Both the position numbers and the translations under genes were made by a program. A stretch of 63,217 bases of DNA, the filler included, from Craspedostauros australis (taxonomy: Eukaryota), in NCBI GenBank assembly GCA_030167865.1. It is 13 parts of 13 records of this genome, joined end to end, with 100 filler letters (N's around TTAATTAATTAA, not from the genome) between each part and the next. Parts side by side here need not be neighbours in the genome. Positions count along the whole stretch, not along the records: positions 50,658 to 57,165 come from JALAGF010006148.1; positions 57,266 to 58,697 come from JALAGF010006149.1; positions 58,798 to 63,217 come from JALAGF010006150.1; 10 more parts are not named here. One strand, 5' to 3'. Positions within the stretch are counted from its first letter, which is position 1; each line of letters starts with the position of its first letter. Shown piece by piece: positions 51,134 to 63,217 of this stretch. The notes beneath the pieces are model-generated. The model was not told where the DNA came from. It ran no database searches and saw only the letters and a program-made list of their open reading frames with translations.

Positions 51134-51488
51134 GACATCCACCTGCAGCAGGAACTTGATACTTCCCAATGATGTCAGTCATCTCGTCCAAGACGGCAGT
51201 TTTGTAGCTTTTCTTGCGGGTGCATGTGCCCTGACAAGCATGGCCAACGAAGTGCGTGATGCGGACCCCTTTGCCATTCTTCAAGAGACGAGCACGGCAG
51301 TCGAAGGGACAGTCAGTAGAAACAGAGCACACGAGCTTGATTGCATCGCCTGACCTCTTCTTTTGAATGTATCCGGCACCAACAGACAAGCTGTGCGACA
51401 ACACAGCCGCACAAACATGAATGAAGTCCACTCCTTCCTTTTCCGCTCCCTTTGCAAGGGTGATGAATGATTTGCTTTTGCTGGACAT
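51134..51488 (-). pseudogene. N-terminal fragment of a MuDR/MULE transposase (WRKY/GCM1-type Zn domain) truncated by an LTR
   Basis: KLVCSVSTDCPFDCRAR...RITHFVGHAC matches the C-x5-CPF..HxC pattern of MuDR/FAR1 DNA-binding domains. Confidence 0.6.
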
Positions 51489-52673
51489 GCTGGTTGAACA
51501 GTTTGATGCGATTGTTGTGTTTGCTACGTTGAATGTGATTTATGTTATGGCTCGGCAGTCTGTTGTTTTGCATGCTCAGATGGATGCAGTACATTTGTAT
51601 GGAGCCACTCGATGATACAGTTGGTCAGCACAGGATCCACGACGCAAAGAATCGGAGCAAACGGATGGATGATGCGCATATCTACGACTAAAGTAGGCAT
51701 TAATTCCCTTCACTGGACGTCACATATTCGGATGGACTATTTACTTGCATTGTATGACAAGTATGGCAATCATGTATGATGTGGATTGTCTTTTTCGTGC
51801 ATGTTACAGGTAGTCTACATTTATGCGCTAACCTTGGAAGTCGATGCGAAACCTCTCTGTCGATAGGATGTCGCATCGACATTTGGACGTTTTGATACTT
51901 TAAGTCACAAAAAACAGGCTGGTTGATGCAAATCGGCACTTCAAAAGGGCTGGTTAATGAATTTCCTCAAAGAAAATCACTAGTACCAAATGCACGAAAA
52001 CATGCAACACTACAAGACAAGTGCGGCCGCGAATGCTGCGCTGCGCATATTATCTTCACGTCGACACATCGCTTCCATTGTGCGCGGCACAGTTCCAGTT
52101 CCGGCATCAGTATCAACGCCATTCGAACATCCATGCGCGGTGTGCAACACGATGGCATCAACGTACGAGTAAACGCAACGCAGAGCTCTTCTCCTCAAAA
52201 TGACATGAGGCAAGCGGCACGACAGTCTTGACGCCTGATGATTCCGGTTGCGAGAGTGGATGTTGCTCTCCCGATGCTTCGATCGACATGTTGTGTGGTG
52301 TAAAAGTTGTCCATGTCGCTGCTCCGACAAGCACGAGCATGCTGGAAATGTGGAAGCGGAGGCAGTCCACTCGTACCCGTGCGAGCAGATGTAATAGATA
52401 TCGATATCGATAGCATCATCGTCATCATGGTGATCATCATGGTGCGTATAGTCATTGGCAAAGTGCACAGGTAACTCTGGTAGGCGCATTGGTCCGTACT
52501 GCATGCCATGGTTGGAGCTCCGTGTTTGTACACGCAATTGGGAGAGTTGCCATGGTGGCAACATGACGAGCAGAGTACTGCTGTCACAATCAATCAATCA
52601 TCTCCGAAGCACCGCCCACCCGTCCACCGCACCATCTGACGAGCGCTGAGCTTTGGCAATGTTGGCAACGCCG

Positions 52674-52730
52674 CAGACTGCACCATAGACTGCACCACAG
52701 ACTGCACCACAGACCGCGTCATAGACTCCA
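52674..52730. repeat. 12-bp tandem repeat ([C/T]AGACTGCACCA)n, about 4-5 units
   Basis: Directly visible. Confidence 0.8.
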
Positions 52731-53410
52731 TCGCAATCTGCAACAGAGCAAACGCAAAGGCCAATACCAACCTTCACACTCGTATGTATAGAGTAAACAT
52801 GTTGTGTCGCGACATGGGTCATGAGCGTCAATTTCTTGTGTTCATGCAGGGTGTGGACTGGCTTCGTGGTTCGATTCCGCAGCGCGCTATTTTGACACAG
52901 CCGCAGTGGAGTCTGACGATCCATGCATGACACCAGCGGATACCACCTTCCTTTTCCACACAATTCCTTCCACACAACTCCTTCCACATCATTGAAACCA
53001 ACGAACGCGGAAAGCACTTGATTGGCGACGACGATCTCGGCGACAACAGTGGTGGCCAGACCATCGTCGTCATGCCACACTGCCCAATGATGCTGTATGG
53101 TACACCAACGTGCTGTTCACTCACCAGGGTCATCTGCAGCTCAGCGGCATGATCATCAGCAATGTATTGGCCAAAGAGCATGCCTTGCCGTCCAGCCAGC
53201 CAGGCTGTGCTGCAAATGATACGGTCGTGCATAGAACAGCACGCTGCGCGAGTCATCAAAGGCGAAATCCAAGACGTGCCGGGCGCACCATTGGATGTAT
53301 CACTGATAGCTATCTTACGAAATACGGTAGTGTAGTTACTTCTCTGATTACAGCCTATTCATTTTCCTCTTCTTCATGACGCGCTCACTTCTGTCTACTG
53401 TTGTTGTGAT

Positions 53411-55222
53411 TCACTCCTCTTCTCCAGCGGCAGCGCCAGCGGCCTCAGCCACCCTGGAAGGTGTGACGGACCACACGAGGTTCATCAACGTTGCACGATC
53501 CATGTATGAATCCACTTGCGCAGTACCCTCGTTTTCATCCACGACCTTGTACAAATCCATCATGGACATGGCACTGTACTCGTCATCAACTTCATTGCTT
53601 GCCGCTCTCCCACTGCAGATGGCATGGATCTCTCCCATCAGTTGGGGATGTTGACATACCTTGCTGAAATCTTCACGAGCGAAGAAGGTCTGTATATTTG
53701 CAGCTGCCATCCTCATCGACGCATCTTTCAACACCACACAGTTGTGTTGATTGGCAAATATCACCATATCTACCATGGTGTCCTCTGTGAGATGAGTGCG
53801 GGCCAACTCTGCTTCAAGAACAAGCTTGAGTCGCCAGAAGCCAAACTCGTTGGCCACAAGGATCAGCTGTCGTAGATCGTCCTGTCCATCGAGGGTGGGA
53901 GTTGGTTGGTCAGCGCCATCATCATCGTCATGAGCGCCATCGCGGGTATCAGTATCGTTGTCCGGAACGCTGTGATCGAAGGATATCTCACCTGTGTAGA
54001 TGCATTCGAGGACACGTTGGACATGTTTGGGTTGATGGTTGGGAAGAGGGATGAGCCTGCGGGTGAGGGCAGTGGCAGAATCAGTGCCGTCATCAGTGCC
54101 GTCATCGACATGCTGATGTTGGATTCCCGAGTCGATCAATGTCTGAATGGACGGAACAGTGACCATGAGAACTCCAGAGTTTGCCTTGATTGGCTGTTGT
54201 TCTTCGCCTTGTCCGCACAGGAAGGTGATGTCTGCCTTGGCCTCAGAACGAACAGCGCTGCGACAATCTTGGTCGATGCTGATGTTGGCTGCTGTGTTGA
54301 TTTTAGGATTGTCGTGCTTGGTTGGTGTTGTGATGGTGTTTGTGTGGCTTTGCTTGTACACCTGCGTCTCTGTTTGCAGCTGCGTCTGCGGTTGCAAGTT
54401 GCGACGACTGAGATGACGAAGACGCTTCATGATTGATGTCATCATCTTGACCTGATTGTTCGCGCTGATTAATTCGACGGGTGTTTTGTTTTTGTTGTTT
54501 TGGATGTCGATATTGACCTTGGTTGATTCGATGAGGTACTCGACGCATTCAGACTGGCCGTAGATGCATGCCCAATGAAATGGAGTGTTGCCATTGTTGG
54601 CTTTGCAGTTGACATCGGCGTTGGTTGATTCGATGAGGTACTTGACGCATTCATAACGGCCGTTGAGGCATGCATAGTGAAGGGGAGTGCCGCCACCGTT
54701 GTTTTTGCAGTTGACATCGGCCTTGGTTGATTCGATGAGGTACTCCATGCATTCAGACTGGCCGTTGAGGCATGCATAGTGAAGGGGAGTGCCGCCACCG
54801 TTGTTTTTGCAGTTGACATCGGCCTTGGTTGATTCGATGAGGTACTCCATGCATTCAGACTGGCCGTTGGCGCATGCTCGATGAAGTGGAGTGTCGCCAT
54901 CGTTGTTCTTGCAGTTGACATCGGCGTTGGCTGATTCGATGAGGTGCTTCACACACTCCAGGTGGCCGTTGGCGCATGCTCGATGAAGCGGAGTGTCGCC
55001 ATCGATGTTCTTGCAGTTGACATCGGCGTTGGCTGATTCGATGAGGTATTCGACACATTCAAAATGGCCCCAGGAGCATGCTATATGAAGGGGAGTGCAA
55101 CCATCGCCGTCTTTGACCGTGTTGACATCACGTCGTTTGTTCTGCTTCTTCCATTTCTTCAACACCGACAGATCACCTATCTCAGCAGCATTAAGGAGTT
55201 GTTTGTTCGAGACATTCGGCAT
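53411..55222 (-). CDS. Ankyrin-repeat plus BTB/POZ domain protein (about 603 aa)
   Basis: Six 34-aa repeats DVNCKxxxGxTPLHxACxNG. BTB-like ADITFLC..IKANSGVL, VLECIYTG, LILVANEFG and FANQHNCVVLKDASM. Likely start MPNVSNKQ after a CAA-rich leader. Confidence 0.9.
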   Translation of the reverse strand: MPNVSNKQLLNAAEIGDLSVLKKWKKQNKRRDVNTVKDGDGCTPLHIACSWGHFECVEYLIESANADVNCKNIDGDTPLHRACANGHLECVKHLIESANADVNCKNNDGDTPLHRACANGQSECMEYLIESTKADVNCKNNGGGTPLHYACLNGQSECMEYLIESTKADVNCKNNGGGTPLHYACLNGRYECVKYLIESTNADVNCKANNGNTPFHWACIYGQSECVEYLIESTKVNIDIQNNKNKTPVELISANNQVKMMTSIMKRLRHLSRRNLQPQTQLQTETQVYKQSHTNTITTPTKHDNPKINTAANISIDQDCRSAVRSEAKADITFLCGQGEEQQPIKANSGVLMVTVPSIQTLIDSGIQHQHVDDGTDDGTDSATALTRRLIPLPNHQPKHVQRVLECIYTGEISFDHSVPDNDTDTRDGAHDDDDGADQPTPTLDGQDDLRQLILVANEFGFWRLKLVLEAELARTHLTEDTMVDMVIFANQHNCVVLKDASMRMAAANIQTFFAREDFSKVCQHPQLMGEIHAICSGRAASNEVDDEYSAMSMMDLYKVVDENEGTAQVDSYMDRATLMNLVWSVTPSRVAEAAGAAAGEEE

Positions 55223-55688
55223 GTTGGTCGTTGGTTGTTGAGCTGTTGGTAGACAAACAATTGCTGGATGATTGCTCAATGTGTTCACGGTCTTATGATG
55301 AAGATGCTGACTGATGGTATGAGACCAGACTGTTGCAAGGAATAGCAAGGTTGTCGTTGTCTTGTTCGCACGTTCTGTTTCTCTGTTCCATGATCGCGCT
55401 CTGGTTTGCTGTAAGATCTTTCTCGACATCGACCACAAACACACACACACGAAAGAAACACGAAAGAAACACGAAGAAGGCATGTGTGTGATCGAACTCG
55501 ATGTTCTGTAGTCCATTGAGTCATTCGATAGTCCTTGCGTGTGCGTTGTGTGCGACCATGGCAGCTTTTGCATCGTGGTCGTTCCGCCAAGAGTTCGCAC
55601 GCATCACGATTGAACTCGATCATCATCGGGATGACTCGACACGAACAGCATGGTACCCAATACTATCATATCCGTAAGGAATTTTTCG

Positions 55689-55790
55689 GGACTGGTGAAT
55701 CCACTTAGCCGTAAGTGGACTCATGAGTCCACTTATTTTCCTATTTCGTGCACAGGGGTCGTAAGTGGACTGGTGAATCCACTTACCCAG
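55689..55790. repeat. TAAGTGGA-N8-TCCACTTA palindromic units; probable subterminal repeats of a DNA transposon
   Basis: Perfect 24-bp palindrome TAAGTGGACTCATGAGTCCACTTA at 55712-55735, plus two copies of GGACTGGTGAATCCACTTA. Confidence 0.7.
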
Positions 55791-56284
55791 TATTTGACAA
55801 AAATAACGACTACTTCGATTAAAATCATCTCAAACGATTTCTCTTGAGACTCACACACTCGGCTTCCGATTCTCGTTTTACTCGTATCACTGCGTGTTAA
55901 CTCCTCATCATGGTGACGTTGTATTCTGTATCAACCCATCCCTTTTGCTCACTTCCTCTACCACACGAGTGTTCATGTTTCATCCCAAGCACCTTTGTGT
56001 GTGGTTGTTTTCGAACAGTGTCGTTTTGTGTTGTCCTCCTGTACTATTCTTATAATATGTCGCTATTATGTATCTCGTTCAATTTGCACGATTTCGTTTC
56101 TTTGTANNNNNNNNNNNNNNNNNNNNNNNNNNNNNNNNNNNNNNNNNNNNNNNNNNATTCTTATAATATGTCGCTATTATGTATCTCGTTCAATTTGCAC
56201 GATTTCGTTTCTTTGTATTGCGTCCATGACTAATGATGCCTGCCGATCGGCTTTGAAGCCTGGCTTCCGCTGCAGCTCTTTGCG

Positions 56285-57165
56285 TCACTTCCATTGCTTC
56301 ATCGAGGTTGACTGCTGTGTGCCTGTTTTGGTGCTTCTGAAGTTTGTGGCATGGCGTTTGCATGCTTGAGATTCCTCACTGGTGTTTGATGGAGCAGCGT
56401 TTAAGACTGGTGGAGTGATGTTAGGGTTTGTTGGCGTCGAAATCCCTGCTGTGTTCGACTCTACAGATGAAGCATAGTCTTGATCGCTGTTGCTGTCGCT
56501 CTTGCTGTGGTTGTCGTTGTTTGGTAGATTGGTTCTTTCTTTCTTCTCCCGAGCAAACTGTGCTTTCACCTTCTCAGCCCAGTCCTCCCCTTCTGTGTGA
56601 GCGATGCGATGACAGCAGTTCTGGATGATGATAGCATTGGCGCCCTTCGTTACGTTCATGAGAGCGACGGTGGGGGGGGATGCCACATTCTGTAACCATT
56701 CTTGCTTCTTTGGCTTGATGTATCCACATGCATATATATTGCATCCTGGACAAATCCATTTGGTTTGTGCATTGCACACAATACACGTACCCCTTCCCTC
56801 AGTGATGTACCTAGGGATGTGTGTTCCTTCTGTGATGTGTTTCTTCATTTTCTCTTCCTTGTTCGATTGCATCGTTGACACGGCACCAAGGATTCCTTTG
56901 ATCTTCGAGGGTCATTGTGGTGAGCCTGCGGGTTGCATCTCCCCATCGTTCACTGCAGATATTCCATCTGGTAGAACAATTGTCTTGTGGATCACCTTCT
57001 TCTTCCCAGTCTTCTTCTTGTGCTGCTTGTTCCCATTGGCAACCGCAATGTCCAACAGCTTCCACAGTCATTCGATGATCGCAGAGATAGATCATTTGAA
57101 GCTCCAGTCATGGTTCACCCTGTTGCAATAGTGTTCGATGGTATCATCAGGTTGCACTTGGGATC
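56285..57165 (-). pseudogene. C-terminus of a piggyBac-like transposase with a Cys-rich domain
   Basis: CIVCNAQTKWICPGCNIYAC...CCHRIAH. The upstream IEHYCNRVNHDWSF resembles LQTYRDMLNHRSSV of the 44828 element. In-frame TGA stops are present. Confidence 0.6.
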
Positions 57166-57265
57166 NNNNNNNNNNNNNNNNNNNNNNNNNNNNNNNNNNN
57201 NNNNNNNNNTTAATTAATTAANNNNNNNNNNNNNNNNNNNNNNNNNNNNNNNNNNNNNNNNNNNN

Positions 57266-58697
57266 CAGCTGGCTCAGCAAGATCAACGACCTCGAAGAGA
57301 TCCAGGATGCACCTGTCTCTGAGGACTGGAAGCTCCAGTGGCTCAAGGAAGCCATCACCCCTGATGCTGATCTCTTCCGTTCCCTTGACGACGCCGATGC
57401 TCTCCAGAGCAACTTGGCGTTGGCGACAGGTAAGACCAACTTCAGGTTGGACTTCGATGCCTTCCTTGGTGTTGTGCGCAGATCCGCACAGCGCAATGAC
57501 CTGCGCGTCCCACGCAACAAGNNNNNNNNNNNNNNNNNNNNNNNNNNNNNNNNNNNNNNNNNNNNNNNNNNNNNNNNNNNNNNNNNCAAGAACAAGAGCA
57601 CGAACAAGCGAATCCCAGACAACGAATGGAAACAAATGACCTGGGATCAGAAGAAGGCCCACATGCAGTCCAAGGGTACCTGGGACCCCAAGTACACCAG
57701 GGATGCATCGAACAGACAGGCCAACAAGACATCCACCACTGGCAATGGGGGTGGTGGGCAGACCAAGTCCACCTCAACCTCAGGCAGCGCCGGTTCTGAC
57801 GAACTCCCCGGCGATGCCANNNNNNNNNNNNNNNNNNNNNNNNNNNNNNNNNNNNNNNNNNNNNNNNNNCTGGAAGCTCCAGTGGCTCAAGGAGGCCATC
57901 ACCCCTGATGCTGACCTCTTCCGTTCCCTTGACGACGCCGATGCTCTCCAGAGTAACTTGGCGTTGGCAACAGGAAAGACCAACTTCAGGTTGGACTTCG
58001 ATGCCTTCCTTGGCGTTGTTCGCAGATCCGCACAGCGCAACGATCTCCGCGTCCCACGCAACAAGACCAAGCGCAGAGTCAATAACACAAACAAGGAAGC
58101 AAGTAACAACGAGAAGAAGACCAACCAATCCAAGAACAAGAACACGAACAAACGAATCCCAGACAACGAATGGAAGCAAATGACCTGGGATCAGAAGAAG
58201 GCCCACATGCAGTCCAAGGGTACTTGGGACCCCAAGTACACCAGGGATGCATCGAACAAAGAGGCCAACAAGACATCCACAACTGGCAATGGGGGTGGTG
58301 GGCAAACCAAGTCCGCCTCGACCTCAGGCAGCCCCGGTTCTGACGAACTCCCCGGCGATGCCATCAAGCGCATGTTGGCCAATGCCACGACCAACGCCAA
58401 CACTTCCGACGAAATCACCATCCAGGGCAAGATCTACCGTGCTGTCCAGGCCACAGTCCTGCAATACAGCTTCAACAAGACCGATGTTGCAAAGTCCGGT
58501 TCCCTGATCGACAGCGGTGCGAATGGAGGATTGGCAGGCGATGATGTGACTGTCATCAGCCGCACCAACCACACCGCCGACATCAGCGGAATTGGAGACA
58601 CCGCAATCGTCAACCTGGACATCGGAACGGTCGCTGGACTCGTCATGTCCACCGAAGGACCTATCATCGCGAAGTTCCACCAATACGCCCTCTATGG
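57266..58697 (+). mobile_element. Copia family 3 gag C-terminus and protease (two overlapping copies)
   Basis: Nearly identical to about 44096-44400. Protease LIDSGANGGLAGDDV. Confidence 0.9.
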
Positions 58698-58797
58698 NNN
58701 NNNNNNNNNNNNNNNNNNNNNNNNNNNNNNNNNNNNNNNNNTTAATTAATTAANNNNNNNNNNNNNNNNNNNNNNNNNNNNNNNNNNNNNNNNNNNN

Positions 58798-59455
58798 CGA
58801 AAAGGGGCAAGATTTCTGGAGGAAATTTGCAAATGACGATTTCTGAGAGAATTGGAAGATCGTCCGTCCATCCATCAATGGAGACGTATGGTACCAAGCA
58901 AATCTCGAGGTACCTCCCAACTAAACCTCAGATGACGATATCATCTGACAGACTACTGCATCACCAATGGAACGTGAAATCTGGAGAGCAGAAGGACGCC
59001 TACTGACGTCGACAGGATGTCATCATGTCACCACGTCGACATCTGTCTCCAAGTCAGAGCAGGAGGCGAAGATCCGATGACCGAAGGGCATCAAGATCAT
59101 GGATACAGGAGATGAACTTCAAATGGTAAGTACTCATGGAGTAGGAACCAGCAGTGAGTGAACGGAGTGTCGAATGTGGAGTACGCATCGAACACGGAGT
59201 ATCGTGTAGCACGAAGCACACGATATTGAGAGAGAGAGAGAGAGAATACAAAGAGCAGCAAGAGAGCATCTCGCGTACCGACTCATAGTCGGAGACTGAA
59301 TCTACGAAACAGATTGAAGCACCGAGAGCATCGGCAAGAGAACGAACGGACACCGAGAGGATCGGAGTGCCAACGTAATGAAATGGCAAATGAACGACTA
59401 TCAACCAACACCATCTTCCACAATCGTAGGTTACCGTGAGCGGAACTTGCCAACA
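58798..59455 (+). mobile_element. Family A LTR (3' part)
   Basis: Homologous to 23094-23635. Ends TTGCCAACA. Confidence 0.85.
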
Positions 59456-60490
59456 TCCATGGCCCAATCACTGTCAGCATACCTTGAGAGGACATTGGGT
59501 TGTTCTGCTGGATGGCCAAGTACATCATCATGCGCTGGCGTTTGCTTGGCTGGAACAGGCATGGGTGGTAGTGCATGGACAACGTCGGTGCAGTGCAGCG
59601 CGATGCCTTGAGCGGGAGTGCGGAAGAGATATCAAGAAACCTGCTTGGCAACAGCGAAATGATCTATGGCCAGCCTCGCCAAGAATTGCAAGAGTTTCAC
59701 AATGGGAAAAGCGATGGCTGGCCTACAGGCGATCATGGGACAGATGAGTTTGCCAATAGCCTCACAATAGCATTCAATGTCTGCATGTGCCTGCTTGAGG
59801 CCGCATGCATCCAAGGCTTCAGAATCGTCCAGCTTGCGTATGTGCGCATTGCCATCATCCATTGGAGTGAGCGCACCATTCATCTTCTTCTGTTCATTCC
59901 ATTTGAAAACCTTGTTGAGATGTTTACTATTGTGGATGGAGACATGTGTGGCAGTTTGGATCAGATCCGCACCAATGAAGTGTTGGAGAACGCTGAATCA
60001 TTTCATGGGAATGAACAGGAACAAATCCAAGCTCATCGCAGATCGTGGAGCAAGCCGCTACATCACTGCATGCAATGGCAAAGTCATCAACCTGACATAG
60101 AAAGAGCATGTCATGTTCTTTGTAAGCGCCGCGGTATAGGCATAGAGCATGCATGATGGGCCTGAAACCCATGCGCTGCAGCTGTGCATCAATGTGCACC
60201 GCCCACTGCCATAGTGCTCAGGAATGACCCTGAAGATTCTTGCTGATGAGAGTCATGCAGCCGCACGGAATGGGTGCACATCCCTACAACTGGCACCATT
60301 CAGCAACGGGGCTGTCAACATGCATGTAGTACTTCTGTGCACCACAAGAAGCCTCAGCAAATGCATTGTAAATGTCAGCGCCATAGATGGTCTTGTTCTC
60401 AATGGTTGTGACAGCAATAAACAGCCAGAAATCCATAGCAGCCAGAGTAGCCATGAATGTGTGCCCTGTGATTGTTGCCTTGCCTGTTGG
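59456..60490 (-). pseudogene. Degenerate copia reverse transcriptase
   Basis: IYGADIYNAFAEA, HALCLYRG and LFLCQVDDFAIAC in broken frames. Confidence 0.7.
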
Positions 60491-60573
60491 AATGTACATA
60501 TGTGTATGTGCATCGCTCACCCATTGTTCTCTTATGATCTACGCACAAGCAGCGCAATCATTTGTGTCGTGAG

Positions 60574-60665
60574 TGATCTGTGATTGATCTGTGAGCAATC
60601 TGTGAGTGATCTGTGATTGATCTGTGAGTGATCTGTGGTTGATCTGTGATTGATCTGTGGTTGAT
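60574..60665. repeat. 10-bp tandem repeat (GATCTGTG[A/G][T/G]T-like), about 9 units
   Basis: Directly visible, lying between LTR-derived segments. Confidence 0.85.
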
Positions 60666-60699
60666 CGAAATCACATCACAAAATCGGGCACACAAAAAA

Positions 60700-61348
60700 T
60701 CAGAATTTTGGAAGGACATTTGTGAACAATCATTTCTGAGAGCATCAGGAATGCAGTCTGTCCATCAACTGACAGAAATGCATGACATCGAGCAAGGATC
60801 AATGTATTTCACAACTAAACTTCAAATGACAATATCCTTGCCATACCACTGCATCATCGATGGAATATGGAATCTGAAGGATCATGGAAGACGGCAGCTG
60901 ACATCAACAGGATGTCATCATGTCACCACATCAACATCTGTCTCCACATCAGATCAAGAAGGCAAAGATTCAATGACCAAGTGACATCAAGATTGTGGAT
61001 ATGCAAGGAGGAGTTCAGATGAGACATTGGCGAATACTCACAGAGTAGTGCACCAGTAGAGGACGAAATGATGGAGTATGTATTGAATACAGAGTATGTA
61101 TCTAACACTGATTCTTGCGCAGTACCAACACATGAGAGAGAGAGAGAAAGAGCAAGAGAATACAAGAAATAGTGAGAGAGCATCTCACATGCCAACTCAT
61201 AGTCGGACGATAGTTGAGAGACACCAAGAGTATTGGGAGACTCCGAGAGGTACCAGAACAACGCAATGAAATAGCAAACGAAATAGTAACAACCACCACC
61301 ACCACCGTCAACAGTCGCAAGAGTAGCCATGAGTGGAACTTGCCAATA
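60700..61348 (+). mobile_element. Old, diverged family A LTR
   Basis: Colinear with 58810-59455. Ends GGAACTTGCCAATA. Confidence 0.65.
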
Positions 61349-61349
61349 T

Positions 61350-62830
61350 GCCACATTGCCCAGGGTCCACACCTCATGTTTGCTGTTATCCATGAGATAT
61401 GAATGACACAGTCTGGATCGCCACTACGGAATGCGACGAGCACGATGTCCAGGGGCGATGTCGACGACATGTAGCTGCTCTTGGTTGTTCATGCTGTTCC
61501 AGGTGATGTCAGCATGTGGATTGTTGCCAGATGACAACATGTCGATGTCAAACGCCGTATTGTTGGGATGGCTTGATATTTTGAGCATCATGACATGCCA
61601 TATGGACACACTGATGGCGACCCACTGCAGCCAATGCCGCAGGGTGCATGCTGGCACTCTCGTGCAGCATCAGCGGAAGCATACTGACATCATTCATGTG
61701 GCCGATTGGCTTCTTGAGGTCCAACGGTGGCTGTAGATCAGGCGTTATCACAGTATCTGCTGCAAGACTGCCTGCAGCAAATACATTGCAAATGCATTGG
61801 ACAAGTTGGAACAACAACAGGGATCAATACACAACCAACATGGTCCCACGCAGAACAAGAATCATCTGGAAACGAATGACTCCAAACTACTAACACCTGA
61901 CTAACAACACCAGTTCCAGCAGCTCATTGGGATGATGAACTGAGTTGTTCAACCTGGACGTATTGATTTTGCATTTGCAACTTCTTCACTTTCACGTTTC
62001 ACTGCATCATCTTGCAAATGACGCCTTGAGAGAGCTATCAATGTATGGGGATATCTGGAGCACAAGTCCAAATTGCAAACACAGATTGACTCTCGCCCGA
62101 TGATATTTGACAACTTCAATGCAACACCATCCGATCCAGAAATGGCCTCGCAGATGAAGGAGGAATACCCGGAAGCATCAGAGGAAATCAACAACAGATC
62201 GCCAAAGCTGATCTACCTACAACTGCCAATGTATGCATTCGTCAATGGCGATCATGCACATGATTGAGTCACATGAAGATCCAATGCTGGCATCATTCTA
62301 TGCCTTGGAAGAACACCAGTATACTTCTCAAGCAAGAGGCAATCATCAGCCACAACTTCAACATATGGCGCCAAATTCAATGTCATGGGATCCGTGTCAG
62401 AAGAGACCATTGTGCTACAATGTGCACTCCAATTGCTGAGGGTGCAAGTCAAGTCGCCAGTAATCGCATCATGTGACAACAATGCTGCGATCTTGAACAC
62501 GACGATCACAGAGAGCCTGCTACAAGAGAAGCATGCAGCGATATCATTTCGCAAAGTCCGCGAATCTGTGTGAGCCGGTATGCAAGTGCCAGTATATGAT
62601 CCACCAGCACNNNNNNNNNNNNNNNNNNNNNNNNNNNNNNNNNNNNNNNNNNNNNNNNNNCGATATCATTTCGCAAAGTCCGCGAATCTGTGTGAGCCGG
62701 TATGCAAGTGCCAGTATATGATCCACCAGCACAAAAATTTGCGGATATGCTCACAAAAGCACTGGCAAGACCAGCACTCGCCACTTTCGTCACTGCTCTG
62801 TTCGACCGGAGTCATCCTCAAGATGAAGGG
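61350..62830 (+). pseudogene. Degenerate copia RT/RNase H (CoDi type)
   Basis: EEYPEASEEI, AFVNGDHAHD and ASCDNNAAILNTTITESLLQEKHAAISFRKVRE. Confidence 0.75.
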
Positions 62831-63217
62831 GCGTGCCAGCTTTCACTGTAAACTATACCACTTACAAATCGAATTGGTGTGCGCTTGGGCACTTTGTTTG
62901 GCTGGNNNNNNNNNNNNNNNNNNNNNNNNNNNNNNNNNNNNNNNNNNNNNNNNNNNNNNNNNNNNNNNNNNNNNNNNNNNNNNNNNNNNNNNNNNNNNNN
63001 NNNNNNNNNNNNNNNNNNNNGTAAAAAGCGCAAAATATATGTCTGTCCGTCAACACGACCACCAGCAATCGCGAAGGTTCAGGCAGCGACGGCTCGGATG
63101 TGTGATAAAAAACATGCAGTACTAAATCTACGAGCGATGGCGATGGTTCTCGCCAAAACGAGCATGCCCGCTTGCACAACACAACTCCGCGACGTGCCGA
63201 ACGAGAACAACAAAAAC

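Noticed and set aside
55223..55600. Upstream extension of the ankyrin-BTB ORF
   Set aside because: Non-ATG start and low-complexity leader-like sequence. The ATG at 55222 fits the domain start.
7437..58753. Twelve TTAATTAATTAA motifs as biological repeats or piggyBac TTAA target sites
   Set aside because: Each is centred in an N run and is an artificial six-frame-stop spacer. Gene neighbourhood across them is meaningless.

Overview
This is eukaryotic nuclear DNA, very probably from a diatom. The evidence is GT-AG introns, a DUF3119 gene with a bipartite plastid-targeting presequence, and CoDi-type Ty1/copia elements. The window is not one locus: it is 13 short gapped scaffolds joined by artificial N-TTAATTAATTAA-N spacers, and many segments are repeated across internal N gaps. 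Host genes are a 4-exon lipoxygenase, a DUF3119 plastid membrane protein, the C-terminal part of a COG3899-like ATPase, a flavin-containing monooxygenase and an ankyrin-BTB protein. Most of the rest is transposable elements: at least three copia families, several LTR families, a DD38D Tc1/mariner transposase, a MuDR fragment and a tyrosine-recombinase remnant. Two observations stand out. (1) A spliced piggyBac-like DDD transposase (44828-50390, minus strand) carries a full set of YqaJ/lambda-exonuclease motifs and a SAP-like module between its 2nd and 3rd catalytic aspartates. (2) A 206-bp LTR-like insertion with a 5-bp target-site duplication and an internal tRNA-derived Pol III cassette splits the mariner HMDEKWF motif (21877-22082). 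All family assignments come from motif recognition by eye; no database searches were run.
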